Source of the DNA: Candidatus Dojkabacteria bacterium
GTDB lineage: Bacteria; Patescibacteriota; Dojkabacteria; SC72
Assembly: GCA_035370505.1 (NCBI GenBank)
Contig: DAOOVU010000001.1
Location: 17,109-81,108, forward strand
Direction of reading: 5' to 3'
DNA length: 64,000 nucleotides
Position numbers and translations under genes: made by a program. Under the pieces are notes generated by a model. The model was given only the letters and a program-made list of their open reading frames with translations, made no database searches and was not told where the DNA came from. Shown here piece by piece: positions 49,829 through 57,797 of the stretch. Within the stretch, counting starts at the first letter, position 1. The number at the start of each line of letters is the position of its first letter.

Positions 49829-50947
49829 TTACATTGTAGGTGGAACTTGAGGAAGTTCACCTGATGGAGTTTCATCAATTTTGGGCTGTATTGGTTGTCC
49901 AGCAGGTTGTTGAGGAATTTTGCTTATTTCACTATTAATCATATTCTGAAAATCATCTTGAGCTGGTATCTCTCCTGTAGTGTCAGGAATAGTAACTGCT
50001 GGTTCTGTTTGCATTGGCTGTGGTTGTTGTGGAAACTGAGAACTATTATCTGGAGACAAAAAATCGCTCGCAACAGATTGATCTAATGTGGGTTGACCAA
50101 ATGAAAGAGTATTGTTATTTTGAAATGTATTAATATCACTTGCACCGTAATTCTGTGCTTGGACTGGATTCTGAGCGACAGGTTGTACTGGTTGAGTCAT
50201 GTCTATGTTTGAAGAGAAAGGTTGCTGAGTTTGTTCCTGTTGTTGTGTCTGGTATGGATAAGGTTGATTTTCTGTTTGTGTTTGTACAGGGGTTGATGCA
50301 GTCTGTCCAATTGTAAAGTTAGGTTGCACTGAGGATTGCATATCATTGCCAGATTGAGGGATTGTTTGTTGAGTATCCATAGAACTGGGTACAGTAGTCT
50401 GATTAACTATATCAGCAAGTGTAGGTTTCGTTTCTTCAGTTTGGGTCTGAGGAGTTGAAACAGCTTGATTATTTGAATCGTTGTTAGGTGCAGAATTGAT
50501 ATCTTCTGGAGCAGATGTAGGCTGTGGAGTTACCTGTACGAGTTCCTGTGCTCCTCCTTTCTTCTTACTACTTATCAAAATCCCAATTATGCTAACAAGA
50601 AGGATAACTGATCCAACGATTAGTACATATGGAAGATAATCCATGTAACTGCTGGATGTACTTTTCGTAGACTTGCTTGTAGTTGTAGTAGTAGTTGTTG
50701 TTGTAACGGGTGTCGTTGTGGTTTCTGCTGTTGTTCCATCAGTTTGTGTTGTTGCATCAGTAGTTTGAGTAGTAGATTGGGTTGTATTTGCATCGTTTGT
50801 ATTTGATGTTGAGGTATCGTCAGAAGTGGTAGTAAATGATGATTCACTTGATGATACTGATACTCCAGAATCTGTTTGAGCAAAAACAGCCATTGGTAAA
50901 ACACAAACTAAAGATACAATAAAAATATACTTAGATAAATTTTTCAT
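49829..50947 (-). CDS. Bitopic surface protein with Thr-rich mucin-like segment and Gln/Pro-rich low-complexity domain
   Basis: Signal peptide, T-rich run (...TTTPVTTTTTTTTTSKST...), TM (LPYVLIVGSVILLVSIIGILI), then a Q/P/T-rich domain. Confidence 0.5.
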   Translation of the reverse strand: MKNLSKYIFIVSLVCVLPMAVFAQTDSGVSVSSSESSFTTTSDDTSTSNTNDANTTQSTTQTTDATTQTDGTTAETTTTPVTTTTTTTTTSKSTKSTSSSYMDYLPYVLIVGSVILLVSIIGILISSKKKGGAQELVQVTPQPTSAPEDINSAPNNDSNNQAVSTPQTQTEETKPTLADIVNQTTVPSSMDTQQTIPQSGNDMQSSVQPNFTIGQTASTPVQTQTENQPYPYQTQQQEQTQQPFSSNIDMTQPVQPVAQNPVQAQNYGASDINTFQNNNTLSFGQPTLDQSVASDFLSPDNSSQFPQQPQPMQTEPAVTIPDTTGEIPAQDDFQNMINSEISKIPQQPAGQPIQPKIDETPSGELPQVPPTM

Positions 50948-51029
50948 TCTGCAGACAGTTTTATATTATTTCTAATCAAAATTACCACAATGATAATGGG
51001 ATGTCAAAGGAAGCAGTAATGCTTTAATT

Positions 51030-52307
51030 ATGTATTTGACTTGGCATCTTACAAAATATACACTTAGTGAGAATATGAATTACCAAGATTTGAACATTAT
51101 TCAAAACGGAATGCAAGGTGAAGCACAGAATGCTGTTGTTGGTGTGTCTGCTATGGATGAAAGTTTGAATGAGATAAAAGAGCTTGAAGAGAAGCTTCTG
51201 AATTCTGGGTGTCCAGATGGATTGAAAGAAGAAACTATGAGGTCAATAGCACGACTTCGAAGGATGGTGAAAATGGGTGGATATAGCAGTGAATTTGAGA
51301 ATGTAAGTAAATATGTTGATTGGGTAGTAAGAATTCCATGGGGAATGATTTCCGCGGATAACTTAGATATTAGCAATGCTAAAACTGTAATGGATCAGAC
51401 TCACTATGGAATGGATGATATAAAGAAGTTAATAATTGATTATCTTGCTGCAATGCAACTCCAAAGTGGGATAGGGATACCATCTAGTCAAGCAAGTATT
51501 CCTACGCAGTTAGGTACTCCTTATTCTCCAGAAGCAGATCATGTATCTGAAATGGTTAAATTGAAAGGGTCTTCAGCAAATGCTCCTGTTTTCCTTTTTG
51601 TTGGATTACAAGGTGTAGGAAAGACTTCTATTGCGAAATCGATAGCTGTTGCGATGAACAGAAAATTTGCAAGGGTGTCTCTTGGTGCAATAGGTGACGT
51701 AAGAACTTTAAGGGGTACTCCAAGATATTCAATAGATGGGGAGCCAGGACAGATTATTAAGGCGCTTATTCGTTGTGGAACTATGAATCCAGTGATCCTT
51801 TTAGATGAAATTGAGAAATCAAGTGGAAATTCAGGTCTACTTAATGATGTTATGGCAACTCTTCTGGAAATTCTTGATCCAGAGCAGAATTCAACATTTA
51901 TAGATCATTACATAGATTATCCTGTTGATTTATCAAAAGTATTTTTTATATGTACTGCGAATAATTTAGGAGGGTTATCTGCTGCACTGCTAGATAGGGT
52001 GGAGGTCATAAGGTTTACTAGTTATTCTGATGCAGAAAAAGAGGTCATTGCTAAGGAATATATTCTTCCTAAGGTTTATGAAAATCTGCATATATCTCCA
52101 GAGTATGTAACAATAGATGAAGATGTTTGGCCCAATTTAATAAGGCCTGTTGGTTTTGATGCAGGTATCAGGCAACTTGAGAGGAATATTGCGACAATGA
52201 TGAGAAGTGCGGCCAGAATGATAGTCGAAGGTCATCCTCTGCCTATTAGTATTACAAAAGATAATTTGAATCAGTTTGTTTTGTCTGATCAAGGGCCTTT
52301 GAGTTAG
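51030..52307 (+). CDS. Lon-type AAA+ ATPase module lacking the S16 protease domain
   Basis: Pre-AAA motif VDWVVRIPWGM...DQTHYGMDDIKKLIIDYLAAMQLQ; Walker A GLQGVGKTS; LLDEIEKS; LDPEQNSTFIDHYIDYPVDLSKVFFICTANN; LDRVEVIRFTSYSDAEKEVIAKEYILPK. The ORF ends where the Lon protease domain would begin. Confidence 0.7.
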   Translation: MYLTWHLTKYTLSENMNYQDLNIIQNGMQGEAQNAVVGVSAMDESLNEIKELEEKLLNSGCPDGLKEETMRSIARLRRMVKMGGYSSEFENVSKYVDWVVRIPWGMISADNLDISNAKTVMDQTHYGMDDIKKLIIDYLAAMQLQSGIGIPSSQASIPTQLGTPYSPEADHVSEMVKLKGSSANAPVFLFVGLQGVGKTSIAKSIAVAMNRKFARVSLGAIGDVRTLRGTPRYSIDGEPGQIIKALIRCGTMNPVILLDEIEKSSGNSGLLNDVMATLLEILDPEQNSTFIDHYIDYPVDLSKVFFICTANNLGGLSAALLDRVEVIRFTSYSDAEKEVIAKEYILPKVYENLHISPEYVTIDEDVWPNLIRPVGFDAGIRQLERNIATMMRSAARMIVEGHPLPISITKDNLNQFVLSDQGPLS

Positions 52308-52573
52308 TATCCCTTAAATGGGTTTTCTAATTTTAGAGCTGATATAGCTGCTTCCATCTGTGGAGATTGTATTCCCCTAGCTATAGCTCTATGCATTCTT
52401 TTTTGTTCTGCCTTGTTAAGGAGATATAGATCACTCTCCTTTTTTTGTTGTGGTATTGAATTTGTATCTATAGCATGTGTTATGAGGTAGTTTTCTTCTT
52501 GAATTGTATTTGTGTTATTGTTCTGCTGATTGTCCATTATCGTCATTATTATTCTCTTCTGGATAGCTTTCAA
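52304..52573 (-). CDS. Small hypothetical protein (89 aa) at the distal end of the VirB4 operon
   Basis: Overlaps the VirB4 3' end by 59 nt; N/Q-rich; no motif. Confidence 0.3.
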   Translation of the reverse strand: MKAIQKRIIMTIMDNQQNNNTNTIQEENYLITHAIDTNSIPQQKKESDLYLLNKAEQKRMHRAIARGIQSPQMEAAISALKLENPFKGY

Positions 52574-55145
52574 CTATTCCCTGAGGAGTTAAATGTCCTT
52601 TCCCTTTTTGTATCTTCATTCTGTCTGATACGACCTGTCCAGAGATTGTGCTGTCTTCGATCTTTTGAAGAAAATCTTTTTGTTGTTGGTATCCTCCTGA
52701 ATTCAATTGCATCTCTTGTTGCTTTAGTCTTTCCTCAAGTTCTTTCTGATATTGTTCTCTTTCCTCTTCTAAGAATGTTTTTTCTGTTTCTTTCTTTTCT
52801 ACTGCATGTTTTATAATTTCTTCTTGTCTTGCAATCTTTCCGTCTTTCATAGGTTTTTGTTGTGTTGGAGTATCAAATACTTGTGCTAATTCCTCCATAG
52901 TTCTTGTGTCAGGCTGTCCCTTTCTTTCAGCAAGTTTTTCAAGGTCTCTTGGATCTGAGGTTATCAACTCATGTTCTGATGTGCTAGAGAGGACTTGGAT
53001 TCCAACATGGTTTGATCCTGCGAAGAATAGTCCTTGTCCTTTATCACAGTTCAAAAGGAAATTTTTTTCTCCATCAGAGAGATTAAAGACTTGCTGTAGT
53101 TTATCTGCGGCGGTAGGGCTTTGCATCATAAGCATTTGCAGAGAGGAGTTGGCAATAATTGCCTTCCCCATGTCATTGTTTAGGAAGTCATTTACATCCT
53201 GTGTAATCGTTGATAGGCCAAGATAGTATTTCCTTGCTCTTTTTGCTATGGAGTACATAAATTTTGCAGAATCTTCAGATTGCATCATATACCATGCCTC
53301 ATCTACTATAAGTATTCTTCTTTTTCTGTCTTTTCTTACTTTTGTCCATATAAAATCGAGCATGAGATACATTGCTAATGGTTTTAGTTCTTCCTGCAGG
53401 TCACGAATACTAAAAACAGTAAGAGGGTTGTCAATTTCAAAATTACTTGCTTCGTTGAATACTCCTGCCCCGCTTCCTATGATGTATCTTTCTAGTCTTC
53501 TTGCCAATCCGTGTGCCTCTTCTTCTGCCATTCCTTTTAATACTTTGTAGAGATCTTCTAAAAGTGGAGGCTGTTTACTTTGTGTAGCTGGATCGTATGT
53601 TATGCCTTTCTCTCTGTAAGTTAGTATGAGAGCTCTGTCAAGTATGGATTCTTCTATATTAGTGAGATTTCTGTATAGTACTTTGAAGAAGCCATGTAGA
53701 GAAAGTAATTTCATTCTTAGCTCGTCATCTCCCTCTTCTGTAGATGATGCCAATTCGAATGGGTTCATTTTATTTCCCTTATCCTGTGAGAATGATATAT
53801 ATGAACCATTAACAGCAGATGCTAGGTTTTCGTATTCTCTTTCTGGGTCAATAATAATTATTTCGGTTCCGAGCATTAAACTTCTCAAAGCTTCTAACTT
53901 TACAAAATAACTTTTTCCAGCTCCTGACTTTGCAAACACAACGGTATTTGCATTCTCAAGTTCAAACCTATCAAAAATCACAAGGCTTTTGTTATGCATA
54001 TTTAATCCGTACATTATTCCATGATCCATAGTTAATTCTGATGTGACGAATGGGAATGTAGTTGCTAAGGATGTCGTATCCATATTTCTTGTAATGTACA
54101 AGTTGTCAATTCCAAGAGGTTGTGTGCTTATAAATCCTTGCTCCTGTTGAAGGGTTGCTGGTTTTGCTGTCACATTTATAGCTGCTAGAGTGGATACTAC
54201 ATTCCTAGATATTTTTTCTAGTTCATCCTTACTTTTTGCATATATTGTAATGTACATCGTGAAATGGAAGAATTTTTCTGTACCTTCAGCTATTGAATCT
54301 TGCAACTGTTGTGCATCGGAGAGAGCAACTTTTAGTGATGGATCTATTACTTTCCTTTCTTCCATTTGTGTATACATTGTTGCTTCCATTTCACCTATTT
54401 TCTTTTTTAATTTCTCAAGTATTGTTTTAGAATCAACTGGGTAATAGAAAGTACTTATTCTGAGGGAATGTTCAAAATTAATAATAGGAGAAAGCCAATT
54501 TGGCCCAACAAATCTAGGATACCCACTTACAAACAGGGTTCTAAAATAGTAATCTCCCATTTGAAGGTGGTTGAAATCGACTTCTAGATCTATTGGAGCA
54601 ATGATATCTTGTAAAGAGATATTAACATCTTCACCAATTATAGATGGAATTACTGAAGAATCTTCTTGAGGAGCTTCTTCTTGTGTTTTATTCTCAGGTG
54701 TTGGAGTCGTGGATTTACTATCCTTGTTTACTTGTGTGGAGATTGTATCAAGAAACTGAAAGAGTGGATTTTTGTTTTGTTTTGCAGGTGTACTAGTTTG
54801 TTGTGTTGTTTGTGAGGAAGTAGTATTTTCCTTTTCGTCCTTGTTTTGTGTCGGCTGTGGAGTAACCTTTATGTTGTTTTTCTTGTTATATTGACCTGCA
54901 AAATAATCAAGAATCTTTAGAAGTGGATTCTTTTTTGGTTTTGTTTTCTCTTCATCAGCAGGGAATGGATCTAAATATTTAGCCCTATTATCATTTGGGT
55001 CTTTTTGCTGTGAAGTTTTTATTGGGTTATTGATAGGATTTTTCTGTAAAGTTGATATTGGGTCTTTATTTAATGTTTTAGTTAAGTCATTCTCAAATGT
55101 TCTGTTGTAATTATTTTTGCTTATGTCTTCCATACTATTCTTCAT
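52515..55145 (-). CDS. virB4: VirB4/TrbE-family type IV secretion ATPase (Gram-positive type) with N-terminal low-complexity extension
   Basis: Walker A VVFAKSGAGKSYFVKL; Walker B ILIVDEAWYMM; a CagE/TrbE-type N-domain (...YYFRTLFVSGYPRFVGPNWL...) preceded by ~170 aa of T/Q/P/N-rich sequence with two copies of a K(K/N)NPL(L/F)x(I/F)LD motif. Confidence 0.85.
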   Translation of the reverse strand: MKNSMEDISKNNYNRTFENDLTKTLNKDPISTLQKNPINNPIKTSQQKDPNDNRAKYLDPFPADEEKTKPKKNPLLKILDYFAGQYNKKNNIKVTPQPTQNKDEKENTTSSQTTQQTSTPAKQNKNPLFQFLDTISTQVNKDSKSTTPTPENKTQEEAPQEDSSVIPSIIGEDVNISLQDIIAPIDLEVDFNHLQMGDYYFRTLFVSGYPRFVGPNWLSPIINFEHSLRISTFYYPVDSKTILEKLKKKIGEMEATMYTQMEERKVIDPSLKVALSDAQQLQDSIAEGTEKFFHFTMYITIYAKSKDELEKISRNVVSTLAAINVTAKPATLQQEQGFISTQPLGIDNLYITRNMDTTSLATTFPFVTSELTMDHGIMYGLNMHNKSLVIFDRFELENANTVVFAKSGAGKSYFVKLEALRSLMLGTEIIIIDPEREYENLASAVNGSYISFSQDKGNKMNPFELASSTEEGDDELRMKLLSLHGFFKVLYRNLTNIEESILDRALILTYREKGITYDPATQSKQPPLLEDLYKVLKGMAEEEAHGLARRLERYIIGSGAGVFNEASNFEIDNPLTVFSIRDLQEELKPLAMYLMLDFIWTKVRKDRKRRILIVDEAWYMMQSEDSAKFMYSIAKRARKYYLGLSTITQDVNDFLNNDMGKAIIANSSLQMLMMQSPTAADKLQQVFNLSDGEKNFLLNCDKGQGLFFAGSNHVGIQVLSSTSEHELITSDPRDLEKLAERKGQPDTRTMEELAQVFDTPTQQKPMKDGKIARQEEIIKHAVEKKETEKTFLEEEREQYQKELEERLKQQEMQLNSGGYQQQKDFLQKIEDSTISGQVVSDRMKIQKGKGHLTPQGIVESYPEENNNDDNGQSAEQ

Positions 55146-55770
55146 CAGGGTTATATATAGTGTAGAACTCAGATATCAACTCTTTGTCTGTTAATTGATG
55201 CCCAAATAATCCCATTCTTCCTAATTGCTTTAGAATATGGTCTCTCTTTGGATACAGAAAGATTTTTGCCTTTTCAATCACTTGAGATGTGTCCATATCT
55301 TCTATTTGTTGCTGCTCTTCTTTGGATTTTTTCTTCTTTAGTGGAGAGACATTTGGAAGTTGACCACCTGGATAGTATGGGATAACTATAAAGAAGCTTT
55401 TATCAAGCACATCATTTTCTACTATCAAATTCTTAACAAACAGTGTATAGATATCAAGCTGTTTTCTTAATCCTTCTGTCATAGGTCTTTCTTTTTGTAT
55501 ATTTAGATAGTCAAGATAGTTAGTAATATCAACTCTCTTTGTCCTTATCAATATTTGAATTTTGAAATTTAGAGAGTTTAATAGGCCTGCAAAAGCATAA
55601 ATTTTATTGTCTTGTTCATAGTCAGCTAAAAGCTCAAAGTTTATGGAAGATGTTTGTAATACCAATGCCACACTCCCATTTTTATTTATAACCAAGTCGT
55701 CGGTTATTTGTTTTATAGCAAGATGGTCTTGTGTTGATGCTGTCGCTCTTGCTCGCGCATTTTTATCCAT
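55135..55770 (-). CDS. VirB4-associated protein resembling the extreme N-terminal segment of Gram-positive VirB4 homologues (possible split VirB4)
   Basis: ...LVINKNGSVALVLQTSSINFELLADYEQDNKIYAFAGLLNSLNFKIQILIRTKRVDITNYLDYL... pattern; ends 11 nt inside the start of the VirB4 ORF. Confidence 0.45.
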   Translation of the reverse strand: MDKNARARATASTQDHLAIKQITDDLVINKNGSVALVLQTSSINFELLADYEQDNKIYAFAGLLNSLNFKIQILIRTKRVDITNYLDYLNIQKERPMTEGLRKQLDIYTLFVKNLIVENDVLDKSFFIVIPYYPGGQLPNVSPLKKKKSKEEQQQIEDMDTSQVIEKAKIFLYPKRDHILKQLGRMGLFGHQLTDKELISEFYTIYNPDEE

Positions 55771-55775
55771 TTTTT

Positions 55776-56600
55776 CTACAAAGCATTAATCTTAATTGGT
55801 AATCTATTATTTATTTTATTCATTATTATTTCAACAGAGGGAAATTCATATTGAGGGTGCTGGAAATCTATTGTGTAAGTTCCTGGCTCCCACTCCTTGT
55901 TAGTTAGGAAATAGCCGTTTGGGCCAGTTTTGCTTGCATAAAGGATTTTTCCGTTGGAATCCCTTAGATATGCTACAACATTTGGGATAGGTTTAAAATC
56001 TTTAGTACAGAGCCAGCAGTTAATATTGCCGGGAAGGTTTTCTAAACCTTTTGTTGAGAATTGATAATTTGCTAGGTTTTCATCGGTAATAATCAGTTTT
56101 GTTGGATCAATTTGTGTGGTCTGCTGAGGAGCAGTCTGCAGAATGTCTAAATTATCTTCAGTTTTTTCATCAGCTTTCTCAGTGGTTATTGTATCTAAAC
56201 CTCCTCCTATTATCTTTTTTGTATTTTCTTTCTGATCTTTATTAATTAATTGACCATCTTTTGTTGGTTTCAGAAGTGGCTTTGTTCTCGCTTCCTTCAT
56301 TTGTTTGTTTAGCCATGTTCTTTGTGTTGGATTATTTATAGCGGTTATATAACTTTGTATGAATTTATCAGCATCTTGTCCATTTATTGGGACAAGTCCA
56401 AGAACAATTCCTATGATTGAGCTGACTATACATATTGGGATACCTAAAATTGCAGGCATAATGTCTGATACCACTAAATACACCATTAGTCCGCCGAATC
56501 CAACTCCTATGGCGAGGTATGTAAACTCTTTTAATGTGAATTTAGTAAATAACTTAAATTCAACATCTAAAACATTTTGCGGTATAGCATGTTGTCTCAT
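55776..56600 (-). CDS. PrgI/VirB3-like two-TM protein with C-terminal beta-rich extracytoplasmic domain
   Basis: N-terminal ...VEFKLFTKFTLKEFTYLAIGVGFGGLMVYLVV... (PrgI-family pattern), a second TM, then a C-terminal domain with PGTYTI-type beta-sandwich signature; first gene of the minus-strand operon. Confidence 0.5.
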   Translation of the reverse strand: MRQHAIPQNVLDVEFKLFTKFTLKEFTYLAIGVGFGGLMVYLVVSDIMPAILGIPICIVSSIIGIVLGLVPINGQDADKFIQSYITAINNPTQRTWLNKQMKEARTKPLLKPTKDGQLINKDQKENTKKIIGGGLDTITTEKADEKTEDNLDILQTAPQQTTQIDPTKLIITDENLANYQFSTKGLENLPGNINCWLCTKDFKPIPNVVAYLRDSNGKILYASKTGPNGYFLTNKEWEPGTYTIDFQHPQYEFPSVEIIMNKINNRLPIKINAL

Positions 56601-56666
56601 ATAGGCAGATTCTACTAAAGTTTAGCAGAATATTAAAGGAAAGAGTATAAGGATTATAATTAGTAA

Positions 56667-56685
56667 GGTTCTGCCTAGGTAGAAG
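56667..56685. repeat. Palindromic repeat copy 1: GGTTCTGCCTAGGTAGAAG
   Basis: CCTAGG core flanked by inverted GTTCT/AGAAC arms. Confidence 0.5.
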
Positions 56686-56816
56686 ATGGAAGAAAAAAAT
56701 AAAGAAATGGAGCAATTAATTTATATTTTCTGTGATTTTCGATCATATTAGCATCACATACTTAATATGTGTTTTTGTTCTAAATAAGTGCTTTCTTTGT
56801 GATTATCCATGTATTA

Positions 56817-56834
56817 GGTAGAACCTAGGTTAAG
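56817..56834. repeat. Palindromic repeat copy 2: GGTAGAACCTAGGTTAAG
   Basis: CCTAGG core with AGAAC/GTT arms (AACCTAGGTT is a perfect palindrome). Confidence 0.5.
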
Positions 56835-56967
56835 CCTTGTATTAAACTTGGGTGCATTTCTGCTAGAAATTTTGTTTCTAAAGGTTCTATTTTAGAAGTA
56901 CAACTAAATGTTTTTGTATACTCAAAAAACTTCAAGCCAAGAGGTTTTCTTTATGTTTTGTAGATTG

Positions 56968-56994
56968 TGGGTTCTACCTAGGCTGAACCTAGCC
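56968..56994. repeat. Palindromic repeat copy 3: TGGGTTCTACCTAGGCTGAACCTAGCC
   Basis: GTTCTACCTAGG half-site plus a second GAACCTAG copy; ends 6 nt before the -10 box at 57000-57008. Confidence 0.5.
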
Positions 56995-56999
56995 TTACT

Positions 57000-57008
57000 T
57001 GGTATAAT
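57000..57008 (+). promoter_or_regulatory. Extended -10 element TGGTATAAT, 6 nt before the ATG at 57015
   Basis: TGGTATAAT at 57000-57008 with the ATG at 57015 implies a leaderless or near-leaderless transcript. Confidence 0.3.
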
Positions 57009-57014
57009 CAATAT

Positions 57015-57797
57015 ATGAATATATCGGAGAGAATAGAGGAGCTTAGAGTTTTTCGATCGTTGATGGGTATCGATTTATCCGCCTCTGATATTAGCAGAAT
57101 TTGGGGTTCTCAGTACTCTAAAAAAGCGAGAAATCAACCACCTGATAGATGTAATCCTGTAATTGAAGAAAAAATTCAAATTTTACAAAAAAATCTAAAC
57201 CACTTCCTCCTTTTGGATAAAGTCAAGTTTATAGGTATTTCAGGCTCTGTAGGTGCCGGTTTTGCTAAAAGGGAGGATGATATTGATCTCTTCATAGTAG
57301 TTGAAGATGACTTTATGTGGGTGTATAGGTTGTACTTAGAATTATCAAATTTATTTAATGGGAAAGTTCGTCAAAAGAAACATAAAAATGATGTAAAAGA
57401 TAAATTTTGTGTAAATCTAATAGCTGAGGAACGTGGGGTTGTATTTGATAATGACATCTTTAATTTTCATGAATTAATGTTTTTGAAACCTGTGTATAAC
57501 AAAGAGTATATCTATCAGATTTACCTTAAAAATGAATGGTTGTTTGATGATTGGGGAATTAAGCCGTGTTCAAAACAAGAGAAATATGTGAAAAAGAATA
57601 ATGTAATTAAAAAAGTATTTAATGAAACCTGCTTCTTAATACAGTTGTCATTCATGTTTATCTCAAATCATGCTCCAGATCTCCATAGATTAGTGAGAAA
57701 CAACAATATCGGTAGGATAGAATTTTTCCCATGTGAATTCAAATTGAAGAAAATAAAGGAATACAAAAGAAAATTGGCATCAGCCCAAATTGTTTAA
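57015..57797 (+). CDS. Pol-beta-superfamily nucleotidyltransferase domain protein (260 aa)
   Basis: GISGSVGAGFAKREDDIDLFIVVEDD matches the GS...DxD minimal NTase motif; the C-terminal ~150 aa are of unknown fold. Confidence 0.5.
   Translation: MNISERIEELRVFRSLMGIDLSASDISRIWGSQYSKKARNQPPDRCNPVIEEKIQILQKNLNHFLLLDKVKFIGISGSVGAGFAKREDDIDLFIVVEDDFMWVYRLYLELSNLFNGKVRQKKHKNDVKDKFCVNLIAEERGVVFDNDIFNFHELMFLKPVYNKEYIYQIYLKNEWLFDDWGIKPCSKQEKYVKKNNVIKKVFNETCFLIQLSFMFISNHAPDLHRLVRNNNIGRIEFFPCEFKLKKIKEYKRKLASAQIV

Noticed and set aside
49834-49858. Imperfect hairpin GGTGGAACTT...AAGTTCACC that looked like a bidirectional terminator between dcd and the Thr-rich gene
   Set aside because: dcd ends at 49828 and the minus-strand gene ends at 49829 with no intergenic space. 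The hairpin lies within the 3' coding end of the minus-strand ORF and lacks a flanking T-tract.
50600-50900. Short tandem-like nucleotide repeats (gtagttgtagtagtagttgttgttgt..., ACT/TGT-rich) that could superficially suggest a repeat array
   Set aside because: They lie entirely inside the Thr-rich coding region (minus strand) and reflect Thr/Gln codon runs. There are no regular repeat-spacer units, so this is not CRISPR.
56685-56750. 21-aa ORF (MEEKNKEMEQLIYIFCDFRSY) in the T4SS/NTase intergenic region
   Set aside because: It is too short, has no SD and shows no conservation evidence, so it is more likely chance in AT-rich DNA. The region is better explained as regulatory.
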